Virus record (IMG/VR): IMGVR_UViG_3300030339_000006
From: a virus
DNA length: 64,000 bases
Strand: one strand, 5' to 3'
The translations under genes and the position numbers were made by a program. The notes beneath the pieces were generated by a model, which was given only the letters and a program-made list of their open reading frames with translations, was not told where the DNA came from and ran no database searches. The stretch's first letter is position 1; each line of letters opens with the position of its first letter. Shown here piece after piece: positions 53,311 through 63,256 of the stretch.

Positions 53311-53601
53311 ATGTTCGGTAAAGATCCCCGCGAGAAATTCACAGAAGACCTCGATCAGTTTGATTTCAGTGCTGCTTTCGGCAGCTTCCTTAAAGACAAC
53401 ATGCTCCTCTGCTTCATCATCCTGGCCGCTTCACTCGGTGCCGTCGTCTTCAACGGTGCCCGCGGTATCCTCTCCAACAAGAAAGTCGGCACTATCCTGC
53501 TGGCCATTATGGTCTGTCGTGCTTACCATGCAGGCTCCACTCGTACCATCGTAATAACCGAAAAGGAAGTGAAAGATGATAATTCAACAGATACAGTCTG
53601 A
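53311..53601 (+). CDS. Membrane protein
   Basis: GGTATAAG motif, AGGAG RBS, hydrophobic. Confidence 0.7.
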   Translation: MFGKDPREKFTEDLDQFDFSAAFGSFLKDNMLLCFIILAASLGAVVFNGARGILSNKKVGTILLAIMVCRAYHAGSTRTIVITEKEVKDDNSTDTV

Positions 53602-53992
53602 TCTAACCAAGTACCGTCAATACGGTGATTTAGAGCGCTCCAAACTGCTGGCCATTCTGGCGGGTGAAATGGATAACACGGCACGTCGTCTGGGTAAGAC
53701 CGGCGACATGCTGCTGGATGATGGTGCAAATGAAATCATCAAGCGTCACCTGAAACACGCTGGCATTACCCTGACGATGAATCCCACTGACCCTACTGCG
53801 AAGTTGGTCATTGAGCTTTATAGTCACTACCTGGCGTCGGATGTCATGTCCGATGCTGAACTAACCCGTCGTATCCTTGATTGCGAACATCGCGAACCTA
53901 AACAGATCCTCCGCTACCTGAAGTCGAACTACGGTATCGCAGTGGATTCTGAGCGGGCACAGCGTGTCGTTGAAGGGATCTTCGGTAACTGA
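53576..53992 (+). CDS. YqeY/GatB-like protein
   Basis: IQSDL....D.....L....E.......DD....IIK...YL...MS.AEL...I...L...Y...D. Confidence 0.7.
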   Translation: MIIQQIQSDLTKYRQYGDLERSKLLAILAGEMDNTARRLGKTGDMLLDDGANEIIKRHLKHAGITLTMNPTDPTAKLVIELYSHYLASDVMSDAELTRRILDCEHREPKQILRYLKSNYGIAVDSERAQRVVEGIFGN

Positions 53993-54169
53993 CAGGCTTC
54001 GGCCTGTTTTTTTGAGGAGGATGCATGACTCAATGTGTCTACTGCAACCGTGCAGCCAAAGAAGTAATCGATACGGACCAAACTAAGTACTGTCACTGCG
54101 ATAACTGCCACGAAGACTTCGTGACGGCAGATCAACAAGCCTACAACCGGATAATCTGGGAGAATAAGA

Positions 54170-54970
54170 ATGAACTATCATCAGGGTCAAATTGACGCAC
54201 GCGTTGCTCTGCTGGATGTTATCTATAAGGTGGATCCCCTGATCGCTGGGGATATCATCAATAAAGCCGAAATGGCCGTCACCGGGACGCCGGAGTATCT
54301 GCAGGGTTTCAGTGAGTACTGTGACAGCAAGTGGCGTGAACTCAAACTGGATGGGCCGCGGGTAACCCACGACGAACTGGTGAAGGACTTCGGTATCGCC
54401 GGTACGCACCGCCGTCTGTTCAATGCTCGCCGCCTGGCTCAGGATTCCCATGAAGGGCAGTGGCGTAAAGGAGCGGAAGAGCCGTACTTCAATCACGTCT
54501 ATCGCGTGTCCCAGTCGGTGGCAAACTACCTGGCCTTGAAGGGAATGACCTTCGCCTTCGAGCGGCACTCCGTGGACATGATGATTGCGGCGTTGTTGCA
54601 TGACGTGGTCGAGGACTGCGACGTTACGCTGGATGAAGTCCAGAGCCTGTTCGGCCTGCGGGTTCGTACCTGGGTAGATGGCTTGACGCACATCATGGTT
54701 GGTGTCAACCGGGCGGACCGGGAGTATAAGACGCGTCAGAAACTGATGGCGGCGCCGTGGGAGGTGAAGTTGATCAAGTGCTTTGACATCTATGATAACG
54801 CGAAGAGCATGGCGATCGATGATCCCGGCTTCGGCGTTCTGTGGTATCAGGAGAAGTTGGAACTGGTGAGAGAAGGGTTCCTGGCAGAAATGCCCGCGTT
54901 AGTGCGAGATCTCGTCCAGGGAACCCTGACTATGGGTCACGCTCTTAGCTTAGCACTAACTAAGAAATAG
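54170..54970 (+). CDS. SpoT/Mesh1-like HD hydrolase (small alarmone hydrolase-like)
   Basis: HEGQWRK...PY.NH...AALLHDVVED...FG..V...V.GLT...KLIK..D..DN. Confidence 0.85.
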   Translation: MNYHQGQIDARVALLDVIYKVDPLIAGDIINKAEMAVTGTPEYLQGFSEYCDSKWRELKLDGPRVTHDELVKDFGIAGTHRRLFNARRLAQDSHEGQWRKGAEEPYFNHVYRVSQSVANYLALKGMTFAFERHSVDMMIAALLHDVVEDCDVTLDEVQSLFGLRVRTWVDGLTHIMVGVNRADREYKTRQKLMAAPWEVKLIKCFDIYDNAKSMAIDDPGFGVLWYQEKLELVREGFLAEMPALVRDLVQGTLTMGHALSLALTKK

Positions 54971-55480
54971 TGACCGTTCGGCTTGGCGTCTTTTAACCAA
55001 ACCCCCCATGACGACGCCACCGGATTTGGTCCACTGGAGCAAGCCATTAGCAGCTGCCGTAAAGGCACCCGCCCGTAGGTTTCGAAGAATACTTGAAGTA
55101 GCACCACTGCGTAAGGTAATAAGTCCATCTTTAACTCCTTTTGAGCCTGGACCTACATTGTACACAAAGGACACTAACGCATCAAACTGATTCTGATTTA
55201 GTTTGACTGGCGGCGTTCCGGCGATGACCTGTTTGTTAATCACGTCCTCCGCCCACTTCACGTCAGCGGCAAAGAGTGCATCAATCTGAGCCTGCGTCAG
55301 TGTCACGCGATCGTACTGCGTGTCTGTTTTCTTCACCAAGTGACCGATCCCGATCGTTGGGAAACCTACTGCGTCGGCTGCACGAGCAATCGTCTTGCCG
55401 GTTTTGTCATCATAAAGCTGTGCTCGAGACCCTTCGAAGAGGGCCATCTCGGCACGCCCCTTACTACTTAATGTCATCAT
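54956..55480 (-). CDS. Endolysin (GH24 lysozyme)
   Basis: FEG...Y.D...TIGIGH...LNQNQFDALVSFVYNVG...GLVKRRQAE. Confidence 0.92.
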   Translation of the reverse strand: MMTLSSKGRAEMALFEGSRAQLYDDKTGKTIARAADAVGFPTIGIGHLVKKTDTQYDRVTLTQAQIDALFAADVKWAEDVINKQVIAGTPPVKLNQNQFDALVSFVYNVGPGSKGVKDGLITLRSGATSSILRNLRAGAFTAAANGLLQWTKSGGVVMGGLVKRRQAERSLFLS

Positions 55481-55512
55481 AGACACCTCCAATCGTATTT
55501 TAAAGGATCACT

Positions 55513-56139
55513 ATGAAAGTTCTCGGTAAAGAAGTCCCCTTGGTAAACGGGATGTATGATCTCAACTTCATCGCCTTCGTTATGGGGCTGGAAGAAGAGA
55601 AGAGCCCTCAGGTCTGGGCGAGTAAGCTCCCAGGGTTCGCCGCCTGTGCCCTTCGCTTAACCCCTGAGCGTGTCTATGCGGATGAAGAATATACAGAGTT
55701 CTATCTGGACTGGTTGTTACCGGTAGTGCTGGACGCGGATGATCGCCGAGTTCAGCTCCTTAACGGTGGGGTCCTGGAGACGCTCGGCGTTGTACGCGGG
55801 AGCACTACTGAGGCCTTCGAGGTCATATGGATCGGTGACGTGGCATTATTCCCGAAGAATGGCCTGTATCAACTCTCCCGGGTTCAGTACGGGATGCAGC
55901 GTAAGGCTAATCTGTCAGTACATTCCTTTGCAGAACGTCTGCCTGGACAGCACAAGCCTTACGTCAAGGTAGAGCTTCGCAAAGAGTGCTACTGGGGTAA
56001 CAAGGCAGCGGTCTACGAGTATCTGGCTCAAGGATACCCGGAGATGCAGGCGGCCCTGGTTATGACCGGCAGTATCCTCCGCAAGGCAATTCCTAACGAA
56101 CTCACTAACAAACTGGCGACAATCTCACTATGGCAATAA
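55513..56139 (+). CDS. Possible tandem degenerate KilA-N-like protein
   Basis: Two repeats NGMYDLN / NGLYQLS; weak. Confidence 0.5.
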   Translation: MKVLGKEVPLVNGMYDLNFIAFVMGLEEEKSPQVWASKLPGFAACALRLTPERVYADEEYTEFYLDWLLPVVLDADDRRVQLLNGGVLETLGVVRGSTTEAFEVIWIGDVALFPKNGLYQLSRVQYGMQRKANLSVHSFAERLPGQHKPYVKVELRKECYWGNKAAVYEYLAQGYPEMQAALVMTGSILRKAIPNELTNKLATISLWQ

Positions 56140-56555
56140 CACACACGATTCTCTACTTCATGATCGGCATCGTTTTCACGTCGATCTCCCTGGCCAACGC
56201 CTTCAACTCCCCGAAAATCAAGGAGTGGATGGATGACATTTCCGGAATAGCCCTCCTGGTTGTCTTGATCAGTATGGGCGTCGGGTATGTCTCGGCGACC
56301 GGAGCGATGGTACTCATCGAAGGGTGGGCAGTGAATTTGTCGACGCTGGATGGTCCGACACTGGCACTCTTCTGGGTATTCGTTGTCCTAACAGGTGTCG
56401 CTGCGTTCGTGGCTTGCCTGCAGACTGATTGGTACCCCGCGGTATGTGATGGTATGGAAGACTCGTCTTCCGGAGTAGTGGTTATTTTCTCTGCCGCCAC
56501 GTTCTTCGGGATCGGCTTCCTGCAAACCTTTGCTCTCTTCCACTGGATATTGTGA
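56130..56555 (+). CDS. Four-TM membrane protein
   Basis: Hydrophobic segments. Confidence 0.7.
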   Translation: MAITHTILYFMIGIVFTSISLANAFNSPKIKEWMDDISGIALLVVLISMGVGYVSATGAMVLIEGWAVNLSTLDGPTLALFWVFVVLTGVAAFVACLQTDWYPAVCDGMEDSSSGVVVIFSAATFFGIGFLQTFALFHWIL

Positions 56556-56860
56556 TGTGGGCCCGCATTAAGTGCTTCTTCCTGGGCCACTTCTACTTCC
56601 CATCCCACACCGTCCGAAGCTGCAATGTTCAGTACACCTGTGAGTGCTGCGGTCAGAAAACGGAGTGGATGCATAAAAAAGAGCATCGTGAGTTCATCGA
56701 TAAACATTGCCCAACGTGGGGAGATCGCGGAAGCGACTCCCAGGGTTATTCAAGAGGATATCAGCATGAGATCAATCATCATGCCCCCGTCGGAAAGAAG
56801 CATCGAGGCTCCAAACGGCGGGTGGCAAAAAGGCGTGTACCTGGTGGACGTGGCGTTTAA
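56552..56860 (+). CDS. DUF1660-like Cys/His protein
   Basis: KCFFLGH...CECCG. Confidence 0.55.
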   Translation: MMWARIKCFFLGHFYFPSHTVRSCNVQYTCECCGQKTEWMHKKEHREFIDKHCPTWGDRGSDSQGYSRGYQHEINHHAPVGKKHRGSKRRVAKRRVPGGRGV

Positions 56861-57032
56861 CAAGAATAATCCCATTCACGGGGCCATTCTGTGCACACCC
56901 TTCGTGAGGGGCGGTCAGCCGTTCAACGAGACTCTCTTCTGCCATTGCTGGGAAGAGAATCACCAGATCCGTGACATGCATTACCTCAAAGTCATCAGCT
57001 ACTCGAAGACCCTGACGAGGCACCTGGCATGA
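56766..57032 (+). CDS. Hypothetical protein
   Basis: GAGG RBS; YLVDVAF..NNPIH.AI. Confidence 0.6.
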   Translation: MRSIIMPPSERSIEAPNGGWQKGVYLVDVAFNKNNPIHGAILCTPFVRGGQPFNETLFCHCWEENHQIRDMHYLKVISYSKTLTRHLA

Positions 57033-57389
57033 TAATCGTCTGTGCACTCATCTTCGCCCAATTGATGCTCTGGGACTTCCCCGATGAAATCATCCAAAGG
57101 GCGATAAAGAAGAGAGGTAACTGGGCGCTCCTGCTGGGTTGGCTCGTTTGGTTGGGCACCTTCATCATCGGGTTGGTTCTCTCCTATCTCGTCAACGTGT
57201 TCGTGGTGGAGGTACTGTGAGTCTAATGTCGTTCTTCATCTGGCAGTTGGGGATCATCCCTTTCGGTTCCTTCGGCATTTTCGGGTATAAGTTTATTAAG
57301 GGCGCCGATGGTGCTCTCTGCTGGATTGGCGGGACGACCACTATTTTGGTCTGCACGCTGATCTTCAAACTAGTAACAGGACGCTAAGA

Positions 57390-57893
57390 ATGACAAAGCT
57401 ATTTCTGGGCGTTGACCCCGGTTGGAAGAATCTCGGATGGTCAGTGACCGATGAGAAAGGCCGTTACATCAAGTCAGGATCGGTTGACCCCAGCACGCTC
57501 CCGCTGGGTTCGATCGGTCAGTACCTGCTGTCGCAACTCGAAGAAGAAGCACCGTTTCTCGCCGGCATGGCCATGGAGCGCTACGTGGTCTACAAGGGTA
57601 AGTACAACTCGGACTCCGAGCACATCCTCTTGGTCACCGGGGCCCTCCAAGCGCTAGCATGCCAGCTGGGTATCCCACTGGACATGTACAAAGCGATCGA
57701 CTGGAAAACCCGAGCAGCTAAGTTCATCTACAAGACTACCCGTCAGGAGAATCCGTCCGATCGTCTGGACAAAGTGTTCTCCATGTTCGCCGCCTTGGTT
57801 CTCCTGGAAGTTGAGTTCGAATCGGATCACGAGGCAGACGCATCCTGTCTGTCCTGGTTCGCAGGAATGGCCTGGCGAGCTTCAAACAGGTAG
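57390..57893 (+). CDS. RuvC-like Holliday junction resolvase/nuclease
   Basis: LGVDPG...LGW, AMER, WK, HEADA. Confidence 0.85.
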   Translation: MTKLFLGVDPGWKNLGWSVTDEKGRYIKSGSVDPSTLPLGSIGQYLLSQLEEEAPFLAGMAMERYVVYKGKYNSDSEHILLVTGALQALACQLGIPLDMYKAIDWKTRAAKFIYKTTRQENPSDRLDKVFSMFAALVLLEVEFESDHEADASCLSWFAGMAWRASNR

Positions 57894-57994
57894 AGCTATA
57901 CAATCACCCTGCTTCACCTCAAAAGTCCGTAGCGAGCGTCTCAGAGCGTTCTAGAGGACATACTCAAAAACCTTAATCTGTCAGGAGTTACAAA

Positions 57995-58564
57995 ATGTCA
58001 ACTGTTAGCAAAATCATTACCTTCTTCCGCAACGAAGAAATCCAGGCCGCTACTCGTGCTTTCGGTGAATTACACGAAGGCAAGAAAGCGATGGTTGATA
58101 TCCAGTCTATGATCCCGGACTACCTGGCACTGACCACGGTCATGGCCCGCGTTCTGAAAACCAGTGGTCTGATCGAAGAGGAGCAAGCTGGCCTCGAAGA
58201 CATGGACCCGATCTCCGGTGCCTCTCCGTACTGCTTCTTGGCCCTCCCGGGTATGAAACGTGACCTGTCCTTACCGTGGCTGTTGGCCGGTCTGGATGTC
58301 GACGTTGAGAACAGCGTGGAAGGTGTTGCTGCGTTGACGAAATTCCGTGAGACCGAATCGGGTGCCCGTAAGCTCGACAATCTGGCCCTCATCTGGGAGA
58401 CCGGCAAGATCTACGCAGCTATTCAATCGCAGGTGTATTCTACCTGCAACGACGGGGCCGAAGAGATGTTGGCCAAAATGCTGATGGGGATCTTCGATAC
58501 CCTTTCAGAAGACTCTGAAGTCAAAGCGGCAATGGCAGAAGCGAAAGGAGCGACCAAGCAATGA
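57995..58564 (+). CDS. Hypothetical protein
   Basis: AGGAG RBS. Confidence 0.75.
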   Translation: MSTVSKIITFFRNEEIQAATRAFGELHEGKKAMVDIQSMIPDYLALTTVMARVLKTSGLIEEEQAGLEDMDPISGASPYCFLALPGMKRDLSLPWLLAGLDVDVENSVEGVAALTKFRETESGARKLDNLALIWETGKIYAAIQSQVYSTCNDGAEEMLAKMLMGIFDTLSEDSEVKAAMAEAKGATKQ

Positions 58565-59124
58565 TTCAGTCAATGAACTACCAAGCGATCTACCTGGAAC
58601 TCCTGCCGGCTCTTACAGCACCGGTGATCAAATCCACCCTGTCCGAGCTGCAGTCTATCCAGCAGTTGCAGATGCAGTCCGCCCTGCGTAACGATGAGCC
58701 GTCTTTCGAGCTGGCCGCCCGTAACCTGCTGGCGAATCACCGCTTCTGTATCGCGTTGATTGAAGCCGTCCGTGATACGAAGATCGACCTGGAGTTCATC
58801 CAGTTGGCTAACATCAGCAACTTCCTGATCTTCGGTGGAGATCACAACTTCCTCGGTATGCTCGTCTGTGCCATCGAAGGGGATGCGGAATACGACACGG
58901 CCCGGGCGGAAGAGATCGTTAACGCTCACGGTAAGGTCGACGTTAAGAAGATTGCCAATGGCCAATCCGACTACGTGGACACCGTCCTGTGGCTCTACAA
59001 CATGGGTGCGTACAATGCCAAGTATCTGACTGGTACCACTATCGTGGATTTGGCGGTCGAGAAAGGCTGGGATCAAGAAGCTGTTGAGATGGTTGCTCAG
59101 TTGGTTGAGCCCATCCGGCAGTAA
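58561..59124 (+). CDS. Hypothetical protein
   Basis: ATGA coupling; terminator after. Confidence 0.75.
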   Translation: MIQSMNYQAIYLELLPALTAPVIKSTLSELQSIQQLQMQSALRNDEPSFELAARNLLANHRFCIALIEAVRDTKIDLEFIQLANISNFLIFGGDHNFLGMLVCAIEGDAEYDTARAEEIVNAHGKVDVKKIANGQSDYVDTVLWLYNMGAYNAKYLTGTTIVDLAVEKGWDQEAVEMVAQLVEPIRQ

Positions 59125-59234
59125 CCGAAAGGGCCCTCCGGGGTCCTTTTTAGCCGCTGTGACATCGAAAGTCAGGGTCCTGTTCCCAAAATGTTCCAAA
59201 GAAAACCCAGGTAGGACAAGGGCTTAGACGATTC

Positions 59235-59402
59235 TGTGACATTGTTACATCGGAACGTCTCCAACCCACCCTTATTAGAGACATCTTACCCCTATACATA
59301 CATTACTATGGATCTTAAATAAGGTATATATAGGATGCTACTACCCTCTAGGGGATAAAGGGGGTGTGTGTTTGGAGACGTAGTTCCTGTCACAATGTCA
59401 CA
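59235..59402. repeat. 168-bp imperfect palindromic element, copy 2
   Basis: Same architecture as 19765..19932. Confidence 0.9.
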
Positions 59403-59459
59403 GGGCTCAATTTTGGCTGATAGGCAGGTATAACTAACTTGTAACCACAGGAGCTCCTC

Positions 59460-60038
59460 ATGAACAACTACATTGAAACTTACACAGGTCTGCATTTTGC
59501 TTTAGATTCCGACTCTACTGAAGGAATTCACCTGTTCGACATCGCACGGGCCCTTTCGGGGGTAAACCGTTTCAACCACCACACGATCATGTCCTACAGT
59601 GTAGCAGAACACTGCGTTCACGTAGCGGCTCTTTTACCTCCCGAATACCAACTACTGGGTCTCATCCACGATGGCTCTGAAGCTTACCTCCAGGACATTC
59701 CCTCCCCATTCAAGGCTCTTCTCCCGGACTACAAGTTCTACGAGAAGAAGACGGAAGACCGTATCTACGCGGCCTTTGGTCTTGATCCAGAATGGGCACA
59801 TAGCGTCTACCACCATGTTAAAGCAGCTGATACAATGATGCTCCACGTAGAAGCCCGCATCCTGACCCACTCCCGTGGACAGGGTTGGGCCGAAGCGGTG
59901 GACCATCCAGGTATCGTCTGTCTCCCGGCACTGGCTGCCGAGCAGGCGTTCTTGAACGCTTACAATCGCATTGCTGCAGGCGATTTCTTTACCGGGCCTT
60001 TAACCGCCCGTGAACTACTCGAACTAACGGAGAAGTAA
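59460..60038 (+). CDS. HD-domain 5'-deoxynucleotidase (YfbR/YfdR-like)
   Basis: DIA.ALS...RF...YSVAEH...L.HD.SEAY..DIPSP.K. Confidence 0.85.
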   Translation: MNNYIETYTGLHFALDSDSTEGIHLFDIARALSGVNRFNHHTIMSYSVAEHCVHVAALLPPEYQLLGLIHDGSEAYLQDIPSPFKALLPDYKFYEKKTEDRIYAAFGLDPEWAHSVYHHVKAADTMMLHVEARILTHSRGQGWAEAVDHPGIVCLPALAAEQAFLNAYNRIAAGDFFTGPLTARELLELTEK

Positions 60039-62327
60039 ATGCAAGATATCTACGTCACTAAACGTAATGGCCGTCGCGAACTTTCTGATTTCGCCAAGAT
60101 CGCCAAGGTCATCAACTGGGCTGCTGAGTGCCTCAACGTATCCACCTCTCAAGTAGAGATGGGCGTCCGCATCCAGATGGAAGACGGTATTCCTACCCGC
60201 CAGATTCACCGTGCTGTTATCAAAGCAGCGGCTGACTTGATCTCCGCCGACGAGCCAGACTACCAGTACATGGCAGCCCGCCTGTCCATCTTCGGCATCC
60301 GTAAAGAAGCCTTCGGCCAGTTCAATCCCCCTCCGTTCCCTCTGTTTGTTTCCAGTATGGTAGAACGCGGTAAATACGACAAAGCCATCCTCGACGATTA
60401 CACCTTCGAAGAGCTGGAAGAACTCGACGAAGAGATCGACCACGATCGCGACATGCTGTACGCGTACGCGGCCACCAAACAGTTGGAAGGCAAGTATCTG
60501 GTCCAGGACCGCACGACTCACCGTATCTTCGAGTCTCCGCAGATGGCCAACATGATGATCTCAGCGTGCATGTTCTCCCGCTACGCTAAAGACATCCGCT
60601 TGGACTACGTGAAGCGTTTCTACCACGCGATGTCCACCTTCAAGATCTCTCTGCCGACCCCGATCATGTCCGGCATGCGTACTCCGACCCGTCAGTTCTC
60701 CTCCTGTGTGGTGATCAAAGCCGGGGACTCCCTGAAGAGCATCAACGCTGCGTCTTCTGCGATCGTTGAGTACGTCTCTCAGCGTGCCGGCATTGGCCTG
60801 GATGTCTCTCATATTCGCGGCGTCGGTGCACCGATCCGTGGAGGTGAAGCTGAACACACCGGTGTTATCCCCTTCATCCGCCACTTCCAGACGGCGGTGA
60901 AATCCTGTTCCCAGGGTGGTGTCCGTGGGGGTGCGGCAACGGTGTTCTACCCAATGTGGCACTACGAGTACAAAGACCTGGTCGTCCTGAAGAATAACCG
61001 TGGTACAGAATCTTCCCGTGCTCGTCACCTGGATTACGGTGTGCAGATCAACGGGTTCCTCTACAAACGCTTGCTCGCCAAGGGTAAGATCTCCTGTTTC
61101 TCCCCAGATCAGGTCCCCGGGCTCCTCGAAGCGTTCTATGCTGACCAGGGTGAGTTCGCCCGTCTGTATGAAATCTACGAAGCCGACCCGAATATCCGCC
61201 GCAATACCTACTCCGCCATAGAAGCTTTCGGTTGGTTAGTGGCCGAGCGTGCGAGCACCGGCCGTATCTACATCCAGAACGTGGACCACTGCAACACACA
61301 CTCCGCTTTCGATCCGAATCTGGCACCGATAAGCCAGTCAAATCTTTGCCTGGAAATCTGTCTGCCAACCAAAGAGTTGCGTAACGTGGACTCGCCGGAA
61401 GGGGAAATCGCTCTGTGTACTCTGGCCGCCTTCAACCTCGGTGTGATGACTCCGGACGAAATTCCTGAGATGGCAGAACTGCTGGTCCGCGGCCTGGACG
61501 AACTGCTGGATTACCAGGATTACCCGGTACCGGCGGCCAAGAAGGCCTCCATGCGTCGTCGTACGCTGGGTATCGGTGTGATTAACTATGCGTACTGGCT
61601 GGCCAATCAAGGCATGAAGTACTCCGATGGTTCTGCGAATGAAGCGACGCACCGTCTGTTCGAACGTCTTCAACACGCCCTGATCTCAGCGTCCGTTACC
61701 CTGGCCGAAGAGAAAGGCGCCTGCCCAGCGTTCCACGACACGTCCTACGCCCGCGGTCTGCTCCCGATTGACACGTACAAGAAGGATCTGGACACGATCG
61801 TGTCACCTAAACTGCACCTGGACTGGGAAGCGCTTCGTGCTCGCATCAAGGCTCACGGCATGCGTAACTCTACCCTGATGGCTCTGATGCCGTCCGAGAC
61901 CTCTTCGCAGATCTCCAACTCGACCAACGGTATTGAGCCGGCGAAAGGTTTGGTGACGGTGAAGGTGTCGAAAGACGGGGTGATGCGTCAGGTCGTTCCG
62001 GAAGTGACCCGCCTGCGGGATGCCTACGAGACGCAGTGGGACATGCCGAACAACTCCGGTTACATTCAGCTGGTAGGGATTATGCAGAAGTTCGTCGACC
62101 AGGCGATCTCTGCGAACACCAACTATGACCCGGCACGCTTCCCCGGTGGCAAAGTCTCAACCGAAGTCTTGCTGCGTGATCTGATCATCGCGTACAAGTT
62201 TGGCTGGAAGACTCTGTACTACCACAACACCCGTGACGGTTCGGACGACAAGACGTTCGAAGAGAAAGTTGAAGTAGTCCTCCCGACACCGGGTGATGAC
62301 GACTGTTCGGATGGCTGCAAGATCTAA
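60039..62327 (+). CDS. nrdA: Ribonucleotide reductase class Ia alpha subunit
   Basis: ATP cone (VTKRNG), SSC, QSNLCLEI, MPSETSS, KTLYY, C-terminal CSDGCKI. Confidence 0.97.
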   Translation: MQDIYVTKRNGRRELSDFAKIAKVINWAAECLNVSTSQVEMGVRIQMEDGIPTRQIHRAVIKAAADLISADEPDYQYMAARLSIFGIRKEAFGQFNPPPFPLFVSSMVERGKYDKAILDDYTFEELEELDEEIDHDRDMLYAYAATKQLEGKYLVQDRTTHRIFESPQMANMMISACMFSRYAKDIRLDYVKRFYHAMSTFKISLPTPIMSGMRTPTRQFSSCVVIKAGDSLKSINAASSAIVEYVSQRAGIGLDVSHIRGVGAPIRGGEAEHTGVIPFIRHFQTAVKSCSQGGVRGGAATVFYPMWHYEYKDLVVLKNNRGTESSRARHLDYGVQINGFLYKRLLAKGKISCFSPDQVPGLLEAFYADQGEFARLYEIYEADPNIRRNTYSAIEAFGWLVAERASTGRIYIQNVDHCNTHSAFDPNLAPISQSNLCLEICLPTKELRNVDSPEGEIALCTLAAFNLGVMTPDEIPEMAELLVRGLDELLDYQDYPVPAAKKASMRRRTLGIGVINYAYWLANQGMKYSDGSANEATHRLFERLQHALISASVTLAEEKGACPAFHDTSYARGLLPIDTYKKDLDTIVSPKLHLDWEALRARIKAHGMRNSTLMALMPSETSSQISNSTNGIEPAKGLVTVKVSKDGVMRQVVPEVTRLRDAYETQWDMPNNSGYIQLVGIMQKFVDQAISANTNYDPARFPGGKVSTEVLLRDLIIAYKFGWKTLYYHNTRDGSDDKTFEEKVEVVLPTPGDDDCSDGCKI

Positions 62328-62356
62328 TGGAGAGGGCCCTTCGGGGCCCTGTAATT

Positions 62357-62635
62357 ATGAACGTAGAAGATTGTATCCAACACGATAGACTGTCATATCG
62401 TAAAGGCGGCGAAGTCCTTCGTCGAATAAACCAGCGTGAGGCTGCCATCGTGGCCCAGGATGATAACTCGGTCACCCTACGCCTTAATGGACATCTCGGA
62501 GTGGTAGTCACGGAGTCCGGAGATGGTGTATCATATCGCTTCATTAATCTGAAGACCAAACAACTGAGCCATGTTTTCCACAACCAGGCTCTACTAGCAT
62601 TGAACTACAAACGAGGAACCTACAATGCCCTTTAA
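62357..62635 (+). CDS. Hypothetical protein
   Basis: ORF between nrdA hairpin and next gene. Confidence 0.5.
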   Translation: MNVEDCIQHDRLSYRKGGEVLRRINQREAAIVAQDDNSVTLRLNGHLGVVVTESGDGVSYRFINLKTKQLSHVFHNQALLALNYKRGTYNAL

Positions 62636-63254
62636 TAAATACCACCAGATCGTCGACGACGCGTTCAGCTATCCGTACATGAACGATGCCCACGTTACCC
62701 GTGCCGGCTTGCTCCTGGGGACGATCGATAAGTCTAAGCCGGTACCGCTGAGCAAAGCGTTCGTGGACCGTCTGCTTCGTGTCGAGCCGAAGAGCGAAGG
62801 CGTGGACATGGTGAAACTCCGTGAGCTCGGCCCGGTAGTGCTGCAGCTCGATGGCGTCAGCGATGAAGGCCCGCGTTTCATCATCAGTATCCTCGTGGTT
62901 CCAATGGACGAGAAGGAGCAGATTCACTGCTACCCTTACTCCAACAACAACCCGGAAGAGAAGATGTGGCCGTATGATAAGCACTTCGTCATCTCTAACC
63001 TGACCCCGCTGGCAGACATCCAGGTTTCCGCCCGTGAGACACACCCACTGGCCGGCGCCGAAGGCCTGGACCCTATCGGTGTTGATCACATGACTGCCAT
63101 GACCACGATCGTGCTGAAGTTCGTCATCGGTCTGCAGCAGGGTGACATCGAGTTAGTCCCGGACACCACGGACTACTCCAAGCTGAACGCCAAGCGTGCA
63201 AAGAGCAAAAAGGCCCCGATCAAGGGTGATTATCTTCCAGTATTCGTAGGTTAA
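62625..63254 (+). CDS. Hypothetical protein
   Basis: GAGG RBS; C-terminal KLNAKRAKSKKAPI. Confidence 0.75.
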   Translation: MPFNKYHQIVDDAFSYPYMNDAHVTRAGLLLGTIDKSKPVPLSKAFVDRLLRVEPKSEGVDMVKLRELGPVVLQLDGVSDEGPRFIISILVVPMDEKEQIHCYPYSNNNPEEKMWPYDKHFVISNLTPLADIQVSARETHPLAGAEGLDPIGVDHMTAMTTIVLKFVIGLQQGDIELVPDTTDYSKLNAKRAKSKKAPIKGDYLPVFVG

Positions 63255-63256
63255 CC

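Noticed and set aside
54956-55480. Complete lysis cassette
   Set aside because: The endolysin is isolated on the - strand with no adjacent co-oriented holin or spanin.
59460-60038. DatZ / Z-genome pathway
   Set aside because: A generic YfbR-type HD protein; no purZ or mazZ in this window.
62327-63254. Intron or homing endonuclease between nrdA and nrdB
   Set aside because: nrdA is complete, and no HNH, GIY-YIG or LAGLIDADG motifs are present in the two ORFs.
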